Shown one piece after another: positions 33,964 through 42,757 of a stretch of DNA of 64,000 bases. The DNA is from Candidatus Dormiibacterota bacterium. Its GTDB lineage: Bacteria > Chloroflexota > Dormibacteria > Aeolococcales > Aeolococcaceae. The notes under the pieces are model-generated. The model ran no database searches. It saw only the letters and a list, made by a program, of their open reading frames with translations, and was not told the origin of the DNA. The position numbers and the translations under genes were made by a program. Numbering within the stretch: position 1 is the stretch's first letter; every line of letters begins with the position of its first letter. The stretch spans positions 470,304 through 534,303 of the forward strand of contig CAVZPR010000002.1 in the NCBI GenBank assembly GCA_963777285.1. Reading direction: 5' to 3'.

Positions 33964-34542
33964 TCAGCGGGCCTTGGACGACGTCCCGCCGCGGCGCTTC
34001 GCCGCGGGCTTCGCCGCACCGGCTTTCTTTGCGCCGACGCTGCTTTTCGATCGCGCCGCCGTCGTCGGCTTGGCAGCGCTCTTCGCCGCCGGCTTGCGCG
34101 CCTCGAGGCGCTCGGTGTGCTGCTTGAGGGTGCGAACCGAGCGCTGCAGATTGGATCTCACCGCCGGCTCTGCGGCGCGTCCCAGCATGCGACCGGCGAT
34201 GCCACCGCCCAGCTCGTACTCCATCTCGAACGTCGCGTCGGTCGAGGTCTCACCGTTCGCCTTGAAGGCCCACTTCCCGGTCTGCTTGAAGCCCTGGACC
34301 GAGCGCCACCCGATCGCCTTGTTCTCCGTCCACGTGGTGATGTCGACAACGGAGCCCAGCGTCGTCGGGCCGGCCTTCATCGCCACCTCGAACTTTGCAC
34401 CCTTGCCGTGCACCACGTCGGTGGTCGGCTTCCACTTGGTGAGGCCGTGCATGTACTTGGTCGTGTTGCGATGGTCGTCGACGTACGCGAACACCGTCGC
34501 GACCGGCGCGTCGATGGTCTCGTGGATGGTGATGCGTCCCAT
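33964..34542 (-). CDS. SRPBCC (polyketide cyclase-like) domain protein with Lys/Ala-rich tail
   Basis: TIDAPVATVFAYV, IGWRS, YELGGG; tail KPAAKSAAK...KKAGAAKPAAKRR; GAGGAG SD. Confidence 0.8.
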   Translation of the reverse strand: MGRITIHETIDAPVATVFAYVDDHRNTTKYMHGLTKWKPTTDVVHGKGAKFEVAMKAGPTTLGSVVDITTWTENKAIGWRSVQGFKQTGKWAFKANGETSTDATFEMEYELGGGIAGRMLGRAAEPAVRSNLQRSVRTLKQHTERLEARKPAAKSAAKPTTAARSKSSVGAKKAGAAKPAAKRRGGTSSKAR

Positions 34543-34620
34543 GTCCCGTGCTCCTCGACTGTTGTCCGCTCGGCAGTCAGTATGGCGCGCGGTACGGCAG
34601 TCTTTGCGGCTCGGGAGCGG

Positions 34621-34629
34621 TGGTATCAT
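34621..34629 (+). promoter_or_regulatory. Extended -10 promoter (TG-N-TATCAT) for tRNA-Pro
   Basis: TGGTATCAT 13 nt upstream of the tRNA, followed by a GC-rich discriminator. Confidence 0.55.
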
Positions 34630-34642
34630 CGCGGCCCGGCGC

Positions 34643-34720
34643 CGGGAAGTAGCTCAGCCAGGTTAGAGTGCACGGTTCGGGACCGTGAGGTCGCGAGTTC
34701 GAATCTCGCCTTCCCGACCA
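34643..34720 (+). tRNA. tRNA-Pro (CGG)
   Basis: CGGGAAG/CTTCCCG acceptor stem, AGCTCAG D arm, CACGG-TTCGGGA-CCGTG anticodon arm, GTTCGAATC, encoded CCA. Confidence 0.97.
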
Positions 34721-34795
34721 TCTTCAGGAGGCGGTACACTCCTGCCGCAGCCGGATGACCAGGGCCGCCTGGAGGAGTGCGCAAGAGTGGGGCAG

Positions 34796-35446
34796 ATGAT
34801 TCCCTTTACCAACAACTACCGCGACGCCTCCACGGAGGAGGGGTACCAGTTCGAGTTTTTCTGTGAGCGCTGCGGCAACGGCTACTCGTCAACCTTCAAA
34901 CATTCCGTGACAGGCTTCGGCGGACGCCTCGCCAGCATCGGCGGCGGCCTCCTCGGCGGCGACGTCGGGGACAAGGTCGAGCAGGCGGGCTGGGCGAGCC
35001 AGTGGATGCGCAGCGGCGACCGCGGCAGCACACGCGACAAGCAGCTCGCCACCGCGGTGCAGGAGATGCAGCCGTACTTCGAGCAGTGCCATCGCTGCGG
35101 CCAGTGGGTCTGCAAGGCCATCTGCTGGAACACGGAGCGCGGGCTCTGCGTGGCCTGTGCGCCAAAGCTCGACCAGGAGGTGGCCGCGCTGCAGGCGGGC
35201 GCGCAGATCGAGCAGCTCAACCAGAAGATCCAGCAGGAGGACCTGACGCAGAACGTCAACTACCGCGACCAGGGAACCGCCCGCTGTCCCAAGTGCGGCG
35301 CGGAGACCGGCGGCGGGAAGTTCTGCCAGAGTTGCGGCGTCCCGCTGGCCGCCGCGCCCGCCGCCACCAAGAAGTTCTGCGCCAACTGCGGCACCGAGCT
35401 GAAGGGCTCCAAGTTCTGTCCCGAATGCGGCACGGCCGCAGCCTGA
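34796..35446 (+). CDS. Multi zinc-ribbon protein (C-terminal double zinc ribbon)
   Basis: CERCG, CHRCG..C..CW..C..C, CPKCG..FCQSCG, FCANCG..FCPECG. Confidence 0.85.
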   Translation: MIPFTNNYRDASTEEGYQFEFFCERCGNGYSSTFKHSVTGFGGRLASIGGGLLGGDVGDKVEQAGWASQWMRSGDRGSTRDKQLATAVQEMQPYFEQCHRCGQWVCKAICWNTERGLCVACAPKLDQEVAALQAGAQIEQLNQKIQQEDLTQNVNYRDQGTARCPKCGAETGGGKFCQSCGVPLAAAPAATKKFCANCGTELKGSKFCPECGTAAA

Positions 35447-35470
35447 GGCGCGAGCCGGCGTCACAGGTCG

Positions 35471-36976
35471 ATGCACTACCGTCTCGTCGCCGCCGGCGGC
35501 GACGTCTTGGACGAGGGAGACGGCACCGCCGCGATAGCTGACGGCGCCGTCGTCGTCTCGCCGCAGATGGGCCAGCCCATCAGGGTCAAACCGACCGACA
35601 TCGTCGAGGTGTCGGAGCCTGCTCCCTACGTGGTGCGGCTGCGCCTCAACGAAGGGCCGTCACTCGACCTGAGCATGCTGGGCAACATGCGTACGCAGCT
35701 GCTCGTCGAGATTCGCGACGTGCGCGCCGACGACTCCGTGTCGTCGCTGCTGCTCGCCGGACTGGGCACGCCTGTAAAGTTTCCCGGCGCGGTCGCGGAC
35801 GTCGCGGCTGAGCTCCGCTTGTACGACGACGCGCTGGTCACCATCCCGCAGAACGGCACACCCGACCAGATCCCGTACTCGTTCGTCGAGAACGTCACCG
35901 CCGACCCGTCCGGATATCGCATCACGGTCGAGGTGGCAGGCGACGAGCCGCTTGTGGTCAACCGCATGGCGCAGCGCACCTCGGAGTTCATCGATTTGCT
36001 GCGCAAGCGCGTGAGCGAGACGCGCGGGCGGACCGCCGCGTTCCTCGGCGCGCTCCTGCCCGGACTGGGCACCATCGGGCAGCGCACCGTGGCGGGTGAC
36101 CTCCGCGACGGCGTGGCCGGAGCCAAGTCCGACCTCGACGCTGTGGACGCGACCGTCTGGCCGTCGCTGGTCGCGGCCGCGACCCTTCCCGAGCGCACCG
36201 GCTGCGTCGCCGCAATCGAGAAGCTCGGCCCCGCTTTCATCGGGTTCAAGCAGTGGGCCTCGGTGCAGGTCGAGGCGCAGGGCGTGAAGGCCTGGCAGGC
36301 CCCTTCACACGCTCCGAGCATGGATCACGGCGGCGGTCCGATGATGCCGGGGGGCATGGCCGGGGCGCTGACCGCAGGGATGATGATGGGCGGTCCACCG
36401 CAGGTCGGTGGCGCGATGGGCATGGGTTTCGGAGCCGATTTCGGTGGGCCGGCCGGGGGCATGCTGGCGCTGGGGATGCTGGGTGGCATGGGGCGCCTCG
36501 GCGGCATGGGCATGGGCGGCATGGGCATGGGCGGCATGTTCGGCGGCGGCAAGTTCGCCGCGCAGCACACCGCGGCGCCGCGAGCCGACGTCGACCGCGG
36601 CACCCTCACGCCGGCGTCCACCGATTTCGGAGCGCTGAGCACGCAGGCGCAGGGCGACGACGCGCTTCCCACGGTGCTCGCGTTCTGCATGGCCCTGACG
36701 CCGTCCGGAAAGCTGGTGTACGAGGTGCTCAACGTCAAGAACCATGCGACGTACGTGTACGACTGCAAGGACCTGGAAGCGATGCGCAGGCTCAACCGCG
36801 CGCTGGTCCTGATCGGCTTCAGCGTCGAGGCGATCTATCAGGACGCGTCGGCCGCGGGCTCGAAGTGGCGCACCGCGGTGGAGCGGCTGCCGTACCTTCA
36901 GGGTCTGCGCGCCTCGCTGCGCGGCCGCGCCATCCATGTCGACAACTGGGAGTCGCAGCTGCAGCAGCTGCTGTAG
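35471..36976 (+). CDS. Hypothetical protein with two PH-like beta modules and an internal Gly/Met-rich segment
   Basis: 501-aa ORF with host-like codon use; repeated beta-rich modules; GGM repeats at ~36320-36550; the PH call is tentative. Confidence 0.7.
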   Translation: MHYRLVAAGGDVLDEGDGTAAIADGAVVVSPQMGQPIRVKPTDIVEVSEPAPYVVRLRLNEGPSLDLSMLGNMRTQLLVEIRDVRADDSVSSLLLAGLGTPVKFPGAVADVAAELRLYDDALVTIPQNGTPDQIPYSFVENVTADPSGYRITVEVAGDEPLVVNRMAQRTSEFIDLLRKRVSETRGRTAAFLGALLPGLGTIGQRTVAGDLRDGVAGAKSDLDAVDATVWPSLVAAATLPERTGCVAAIEKLGPAFIGFKQWASVQVEAQGVKAWQAPSHAPSMDHGGGPMMPGGMAGALTAGMMMGGPPQVGGAMGMGFGADFGGPAGGMLALGMLGGMGRLGGMGMGGMGMGGMFGGGKFAAQHTAAPRADVDRGTLTPASTDFGALSTQAQGDDALPTVLAFCMALTPSGKLVYEVLNVKNHATYVYDCKDLEAMRRLNRALVLIGFSVEAIYQDASAAGSKWRTAVERLPYLQGLRASLRGRAIHVDNWESQLQQLL

Positions 36977-36985
36977 CCGGCGCCG

Positions 36986-38896
36986 TCAGGCGAAGCGGCG
37001 GCGCCGAGGTGCGATGAGCGCGACGACCGCTGCGCCCGCGCCGGTGGCGATCAGCGCCGCTGCGGTGAACGCTTGCGGTCCGCCGGCCGTGACTGAGCTC
37101 GACGACGCAGCCGCCGCGACGGTCGCCGGTCCGCCCTCCACCGGGCACCACGGGTTGGCCGGCACTCCCGCGCACGGGTTGGGCATCGTCGGCGTCAGGC
37201 TCGCGCCGGGCAGGTGCAGCGCGAACTTCGCGGCGGGTCTTGGGTAGTCGATGGGCGTCGGCGCCGGGACGCACGGCAGGCTCGAGCTGTACAGACACAG
37301 CGTCTCCAGCGTCGGGCAGGGCGCGAGGAGCTGTGATGCGCACGCTGCTTCCGCCGCCAGCGGCCCGTAGTCGCCGGCGTTCTGCTGCGTGCACACGCCG
37401 TTCGACGGCTGATACGAGGGCAGGGTCTCGATCCCCGGTGGATCTGTGTACGGCTGGCCCAGCGGGCGGCCGGAGTCCGTGTCACCGGAGAAGCAGTTGC
37501 CGCGCGCGTCCTCGAACGGCGGGGAGGTGTGCGCCACCGTGGCCAGCCCGATGTCGCCCAGCGAGCCGTTGGGGACGCCATAGCCGCTGCCGTTGTTCTG
37601 GAACGTGTTGTCCAGGCTCAGGTTGCCCGCCGACTCGTAGAAGCAGATAGGGGTCTGCATGGGGATCGACACGAGAATGCCGCCCTGACAGTTGGCGGGC
37701 CCCGTCTCCTGATCCGGCAGGTCGACGATGAGCAGCCCCCAGGAGTCGTTGTGCTTGAAGGTGTTCTGGTACAGCGTGATGTCCCGCGACCCGGCGAGGA
37801 TGAGGCCCGTGCCCACGGGGCCGCCGCCGGCGAGCCCGCCGATGCCGTTGCCGGGAACGTTGGGGTTGTTGTTGTCGTGCAGGTTGTTGTGCTGCCACAC
37901 CGTGCACGACGTGGTGCCCAGGATCCCGTGCTGCGGCTGGCTGGGGTCGGCGCTGTCGCACGCGCCGTGCTGCGGCGACGGCCAGTCGTCGTTGTTCTGC
38001 GAGTTGTTGACCAGCCCGGTCTTGTTCTTGTCACATTCCACGTGCTGCACCACGAAGTACCCGCCCGCGTTGGTGCTGGAGAGACACAGCGCGCTGTACT
38101 GCCCATGGTCGTTCTCCATCACCATGTCGCAGATCTGCTGACAGGCGCCCACGTAGTAGGCGGAGTCCGACATGTTGCTGGCGTAGTCGTGCTGCCAGTG
38201 ACCGACGGTGGAGTCGCTGGAGAAGATTCCGTAGAGCCCGGATGGATTGTCGACGCCGCAGCACGGGCCCAGAGACGATGCCGTCGTGCTGGAGTACGTG
38301 GAGGTGGCGGTTAGGTACGTGCCGCTGTAGCCGGAGAGGTTCACGTGCCCCTGGCCGTCGCCGCCGTTCCACCAGATCTCGTTGCCGTTGTCGCCGCCGG
38401 TGCTGGTGAGGAAGTTGCACACGGTGAGGTTGTCGATGGAAACGTTGTTCGCCTGCCCCTGGGCGCCGTACACCTCGATGCCGTTGCGCCCCTGGCCACC
38501 CGGCCCCAGGTCCTGGCTCGGCGCAGACGCCGAGCATGGGCGTGCGGACGACTGCTTGGTGCCGTCGACGATCACGGTGTTGCGATTCATGCCGCGCAGA
38601 TGCAGGCCGGACTTGGCGATCCACACGCCGGCGGGCCACGACGGGTCGGCGTAGTCGGCGCGCTCGTGATAGTCACCGGGCGCAACCAGGATCCAGTCGC
38701 CCGGTTGGGCGGCGTTCACCGCGGCCTGAATGGTGGAGTACTGGCCGTGGATGCCGTGGAAGCTTCCGACCAGGCGCACCACGGGCGCACTCGCCCCCGC
38801 CTGCAGCGAGGCCGAGCCGAACCACGCGGCGCCCACCATGGCACCCGCGATGACACCGGCGCGCAAGCCACGCCGCCGAAGACCATTTCCGCGCAC
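36986..38896 (-). CDS. Secreted right-handed parallel beta-helix (pectin-lyase-like) protein with C-terminal TM helix and basic tail
   Basis: Signal peptide, YSTIQAAVNAAQPGDWILVAPGDYHE, Asn/Gly-rich beta-helix rungs, ends in a hydrophobic helix plus RRRR. Confidence 0.8.
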   Translation of the reverse strand: MRGNGLRRRGLRAGVIAGAMVGAAWFGSASLQAGASAPVVRLVGSFHGIHGQYSTIQAAVNAAQPGDWILVAPGDYHERADYADPSWPAGVWIAKSGLHLRGMNRNTVIVDGTKQSSARPCSASAPSQDLGPGGQGRNGIEVYGAQGQANNVSIDNLTVCNFLTSTGGDNGNEIWWNGGDGQGHVNLSGYSGTYLTATSTYSSTTASSLGPCCGVDNPSGLYGIFSSDSTVGHWQHDYASNMSDSAYYVGACQQICDMVMENDHGQYSALCLSSTNAGGYFVVQHVECDKNKTGLVNNSQNNDDWPSPQHGACDSADPSQPQHGILGTTSCTVWQHNNLHDNNNPNVPGNGIGGLAGGGPVGTGLILAGSRDITLYQNTFKHNDSWGLLIVDLPDQETGPANCQGGILVSIPMQTPICFYESAGNLSLDNTFQNNGSGYGVPNGSLGDIGLATVAHTSPPFEDARGNCFSGDTDSGRPLGQPYTDPPGIETLPSYQPSNGVCTQQNAGDYGPLAAEAACASQLLAPCPTLETLCLYSSSLPCVPAPTPIDYPRPAAKFALHLPGASLTPTMPNPCAGVPANPWCPVEGGPATVAAAASSSSVTAGGPQAFTAAALIATGAGAAVVALIAPRRRRFA

Positions 38897-38953
38897 GCGC
38901 ACCTCCCTGCCTTCAGTTCCCGACGATGTTAGCGCGTTGTACCGCACCTTCTT

Positions 38954-39517
38954 TCAAAGGTGCTCCGCCACCTGGTGCTCGGCCGCCCGCACGTATCCGA
39001 ACCCCTTGCGCAGCTCGGCGGCGATGTCGTGCCAGAAGCACTGTCCGATGTAGTAGAGGAGAAGGAGCGCCGCGGCAAGGACGGCGATGTCGACGCTGGC
39101 TCGCCCCGCGTCGGCCCAGTACACGTCCCTGAGCTGCAGCAGCAGCGCGAACTCGTCGAGCACCAGGGCGAGCCCGATGCCGAACGGGATCGCCAGGACG
39201 GGGTGCCAGCGGGCCGCCTCCAGGCTCAGCGCCAGGAAACCGCAGACGGCGATCAGCGCCAGTCCCCAGATGTAGTGGTGGATGTGAATGGTGGCGCCGG
39301 AACCGCCGCCGATCACGATGTCGTGGAAGGGGCCGAGGTTGTTGTGGATGGCATATGTCAGCAGCCTGATGAGCCCGAACGTGACGATGAACGCGATCAG
39401 CATGCGCAGCGCGGCGCGGCGCCGGTAGTCGAGGTGTGTCCGCGCGACGTGTCGCAAGCGCTGGCCCAGGTTGCCTTCGCGGGGTTGCTCGTGGACGTGG
39501 GCACAGCGTGCGGCCAT
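38954..39517 (-). CDS. Hypothetical integral membrane protein
   Basis: 4 TM helices; HIHHYIWG and GLALVLDEFALLLQLRDVYW motifs typical of a conserved actinobacterial-type family. Confidence 0.75.
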   Translation of the reverse strand: MAARCAHVHEQPREGNLGQRLRHVARTHLDYRRRAALRMLIAFIVTFGLIRLLTYAIHNNLGPFHDIVIGGGSGATIHIHHYIWGLALIAVCGFLALSLEAARWHPVLAIPFGIGLALVLDEFALLLQLRDVYWADAGRASVDIAVLAAALLLLYYIGQCFWHDIAAELRKGFGYVRAAEHQVAEHL

Positions 39518-39630
39518 CGATCCGCCAGCTTAGTGATTGCAACTCGGTAACGGGGGTGCAACCTCGAGCTCACGGGGGTCCTTGGGCCGGTAGGTTCGGC
39601 GACGTCGAACCATCGAAGAAGGAAGGCGTC

Positions 39631-42468
39631 ATGTTCCGAGCCCGTGCCGCGGGCGCCCTCATAGCCCTGGCGCTGGGCAGCGCCGCCTTCGTGTTCGCCC
39701 CCTTGTCGCGGGCGTCTGCGGCCGGCGGGCCGTTCGCCTGCGCGCCCGGCTTTTACCAGGTGATCAGCGGGCAGCTCAAGGAGCTGAACCCGGTCACCGG
39801 CGTGTACACGGACATCGGCAGCGCGCAGCCGACCTACAACGCCATGGGGTACGACGTCGCCGACAACTACCTGTACGCCATCAGCACCGACAGCACGACC
39901 CAGGCTCACCTGCTCAAGATCGCCGCTGACGGGTCGGTCACCGACCTCGGGGTGCCCACGGGTCTTCCGGTCGCGAGCTACGTGGCCGGCGATTTCGACG
40001 GGTCCGGCCATCTGCTGCTGCGCAGCTCGGCCACCAGCTGGTATTCCGTCGACGTCGCGACCGTCAAGGCGACAGCCTTCACGGTGAGCGGTGCCGCCGA
40101 CACCGGCAACGACATCGTCTGGGTTGGCGGCGTCGCCTACATGCTGAGCGGGACGACGCTGTACGCCGTCGACCTCAGCACCGACGTGGCCACCAGCGCA
40201 ACCGTGTCGGGGATCGTCAGCGGCTCCTTCGGCGCAGGCTGGTCGGACAACCCCAACGACCTCTTCTTCAGCGACAACAACACGGGGCACATCTATCAGA
40301 TCACCGGATTCACGGGCTCATCGCCCAGCGGGACGCTCAAGGTCACGGGCGCCGTCACCAGCAACAACGACGGGGCGGCCTGCAAGCTCGCCGACAACCC
40401 GTTCGACAATCCCACCGCCAACGCGGACTCCTACAGCGTGACGGGCGGCGACACCCTGAGCGTGAACCAGGCAAACGGCGTCCTCGCCAACGACGTCGGT
40501 GCTGGCCTGTCCGTGTCGAGCAACACGGCTCCGAGCAACGGCACCCTGGTCATGAACGCCGATGGTTCGTTCACCTACACACCGGACAGCGGGTTCTCGG
40601 GGGCCGATCAGTTCACCTACGTGGCGACGGATCAGTACGGCCGCGACTCGTCCCCGGCGACGGTGACGATCACCGTCAACCTGCCGGCGGCGCCCGCGGC
40701 GAACGACGACTCGTACAGCACGCAGGCGGACGTCGCCCTCGGCGTGGCGGCGCCAGGGGTGCTGGGCAATGACACCGGCACCGGCATCGCGGTCACCTCA
40801 CACACCGCTGCGGCCAATGGAATCGCCGTGGTGAAGTTCAACGGCCTTCTCCAGTACTTCCCCGACTCCGGATACTCGGGCCCCGACAGCTTCACCTACA
40901 CAATCACCGACGCATACGCGCGCAGCGCGACCGCCACGGTCACGGTGACCGTCGATCCCGTCGCCGCCGATGTCACCGGCGCAGGCATTGGGCCGGCGCC
41001 GCTGCAGGTGACACCGCCCGCACCGGTGGGCACCGGGCCGTTCACCTACGCGCTGGCCTCGACGCCGCCGAGCGCCGACGGCACAGCCTCCATCGACCCT
41101 TCCACCGGCGTGATCACATTCACTCCCGCATCGGGATTCAGCGGCGCGGTGCCCACCTTCACGTACACGGTCATGGACGTGGACGGCGATCTCAGCAACG
41201 CGGCGACCATCGACCTGACCATCAAGCAGCCTGCGGCGCCCGCAGCGAATGACGATTCGTACAGCACCCAGGCTGACGTCAGCCTCGGTGTGCCGGCCCC
41301 CGGGGTGCTCAGCAACGACACCGGGACCGGTACCACGGTCACGTCGCACACCGCCCCATCCAACGGTACGGTGACGGTGAAGCCGAGCGGTGCCTTTGCC
41401 TACGACCCCGACTCCGGGTACTCGGGTCCGGACAGCTTCACCTACACGATCACCGACGCCTACTCGCGCACCGCCACCGCCACGGTCACGGTGACCGTCG
41501 ATCCCGTCGCCGCCGATGTCACCGGCGCAGGCACCGGGCCGGCGCCGCTGCAGGTGACACCGTCGTCACCCGTGGGCACCGGGCCGTTCACCTACGCCCT
41601 GGCCTCGACACCGCCGAGCTCCGACGGCACCGCCTCGATCGACCCTACCACCGGAGTGATCACGTTCACCCCCGCATCGGGGTTCAGCGGCGCGGTGCCC
41701 ACCTTCACCTACACGGTCATGGATGTGGACGGTGATGTCAGCAACGCGGCGAACATCGACCTCACCATCGAGCAGCCTGCGGCACCGGCGGCCGCCGATG
41801 TTGCCGGGACGACGCCCGCCGGTCACGCGCTGAGCCTCACCCCGGCGACGCCGTCCGGCGCCGGACCATTCACGTTTGCGCTCGCGACGGTCCCGCCATC
41901 TGCGGCGGGCACCGCGTCGATGGACGCCAGCACCGGGGTCATCACCTTCACCCCGGCGGCGGGCTTCAGCGGGATCGTGCCTGTGTTCACCTACACGGTG
42001 AGCGACCAGTACGGCCGGCTGTCGGCGCCGGCAACCGTCGCCATCGACGTGACGCCGCTGGCGCGGCCCGCCTCGGCACACGGGAAGGCAGGCGCGCCGA
42101 TCACTGTGACGCCGCCGCCGCCCACCGGCACCGGCCCGTTCACCTACGCGCTCGTGCCGAGCTCGTTGCCTCCCTCGGCGGACGGCAGGGTCACGATCAA
42201 CCAGGTCACGGGCGCGGTCACCTTCACGCCCGCGGCCGGGTTCAGCGGCACGGTCAACGTGGAGTACACGGTCACAGACGGCGACGGCCTAGTGTCGCCG
42301 CCGGCCGACGTCACGTTCGACGTCGCCGCCGCGTCGACGCCGCCGACCCCGCCCACGCCCAAGACGGGCATGCCGGCGCCCGGGCTGGCGGCTCTGGGAA
42401 CCTGGCTGCTCCTGGCGGGCCTGCTGCTCGTCGCCGCCTGCGCACACGGGATCAGGCGGACGCTCTGA
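39631..42468 (+). CDS. Surface protein: signal peptide, beta-rich N-domain, Ig-like (Big_9/tandem-95 type) repeats, sortase-like TPKTG anchor
   Basis: ANDDSYS, GVLxND, DGSFTYTP..GFSG.D.FTY repeats; C-terminal PTPKTG plus hydrophobic helix plus RR. Confidence 0.85.
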   Translation: MFRARAAGALIALALGSAAFVFAPLSRASAAGGPFACAPGFYQVISGQLKELNPVTGVYTDIGSAQPTYNAMGYDVADNYLYAISTDSTTQAHLLKIAADGSVTDLGVPTGLPVASYVAGDFDGSGHLLLRSSATSWYSVDVATVKATAFTVSGAADTGNDIVWVGGVAYMLSGTTLYAVDLSTDVATSATVSGIVSGSFGAGWSDNPNDLFFSDNNTGHIYQITGFTGSSPSGTLKVTGAVTSNNDGAACKLADNPFDNPTANADSYSVTGGDTLSVNQANGVLANDVGAGLSVSSNTAPSNGTLVMNADGSFTYTPDSGFSGADQFTYVATDQYGRDSSPATVTITVNLPAAPAANDDSYSTQADVALGVAAPGVLGNDTGTGIAVTSHTAAANGIAVVKFNGLLQYFPDSGYSGPDSFTYTITDAYARSATATVTVTVDPVAADVTGAGIGPAPLQVTPPAPVGTGPFTYALASTPPSADGTASIDPSTGVITFTPASGFSGAVPTFTYTVMDVDGDLSNAATIDLTIKQPAAPAANDDSYSTQADVSLGVPAPGVLSNDTGTGTTVTSHTAPSNGTVTVKPSGAFAYDPDSGYSGPDSFTYTITDAYSRTATATVTVTVDPVAADVTGAGTGPAPLQVTPSSPVGTGPFTYALASTPPSSDGTASIDPTTGVITFTPASGFSGAVPTFTYTVMDVDGDVSNAANIDLTIEQPAAPAAADVAGTTPAGHALSLTPATPSGAGPFTFALATVPPSAAGTASMDASTGVITFTPAAGFSGIVPVFTYTVSDQYGRLSAPATVAIDVTPLARPASAHGKAGAPITVTPPPPTGTGPFTYALVPSSLPPSADGRVTINQVTGAVTFTPAAGFSGTVNVEYTVTDGDGLVSPPADVTFDVAAASTPPTPPTPKTGMPAPGLAALGTWLLLAGLLLVAACAHGIRRTL
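40684..41775 (+). repeat. Intragenic tandem duplication, 546-bp (182-aa) unit, two copies
   Basis: PAAPAA(NDDSYSTQADV) begins at 40684, 41230 and again at 41776; the second halves are near-identical at DNA level. Confidence 0.9.
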
Positions 42469-42531
42469 AGCCGTCCTCAGCCCGCGGGGGAATGGCCGCG
42501 CCGCTCGTAGACTGGGCCGGCAGGCGTTGAC

Positions 42532-42607
42532 GGCCCCGTAGCTCAGCGGATAGAGCAGAGGTTTCCTAAACCTTGTGTCGCAGGTTCGATTCCTGCCGGG
42601 GCTACCA
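42532..42607 (+). tRNA. tRNA-Arg (CCT)
   Basis: GGCCCCG/CGGGGCT acceptor stem, GAGGT-TTCCTAA-ACCTT anticodon arm, GGTTCGATTCC, CCA; TAGACT -10 at 42508. Confidence 0.97.
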
Positions 42608-42757
42608 ACCGGATGTGCGAGTTCGGCTGACGCGTCCCCACCCGGCCCCTGACCAGCGCAAGAACGGAGGGCTGGCCAACGTTCTCTGAAGGGACGGCGC
42701 GCCGCACGGTGGACCGTGCGCGCCCACGGCCGGATTCCGCGCAAGGAGGTTCCCAAG

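Noticed and set aside
39518-39630. Riboswitch upstream of the Ig-repeat surface protein
   Set aside because: Only a short hairpin (GGTTCGGC/GTCGAACC) and repeated TGCAAC; no recognisable aptamer.
34643-42607. Integrative element or prophage at tRNA-Pro/tRNA-Arg
   Set aside because: No integrase, phage genes or duplicated tRNA 3' end seen.
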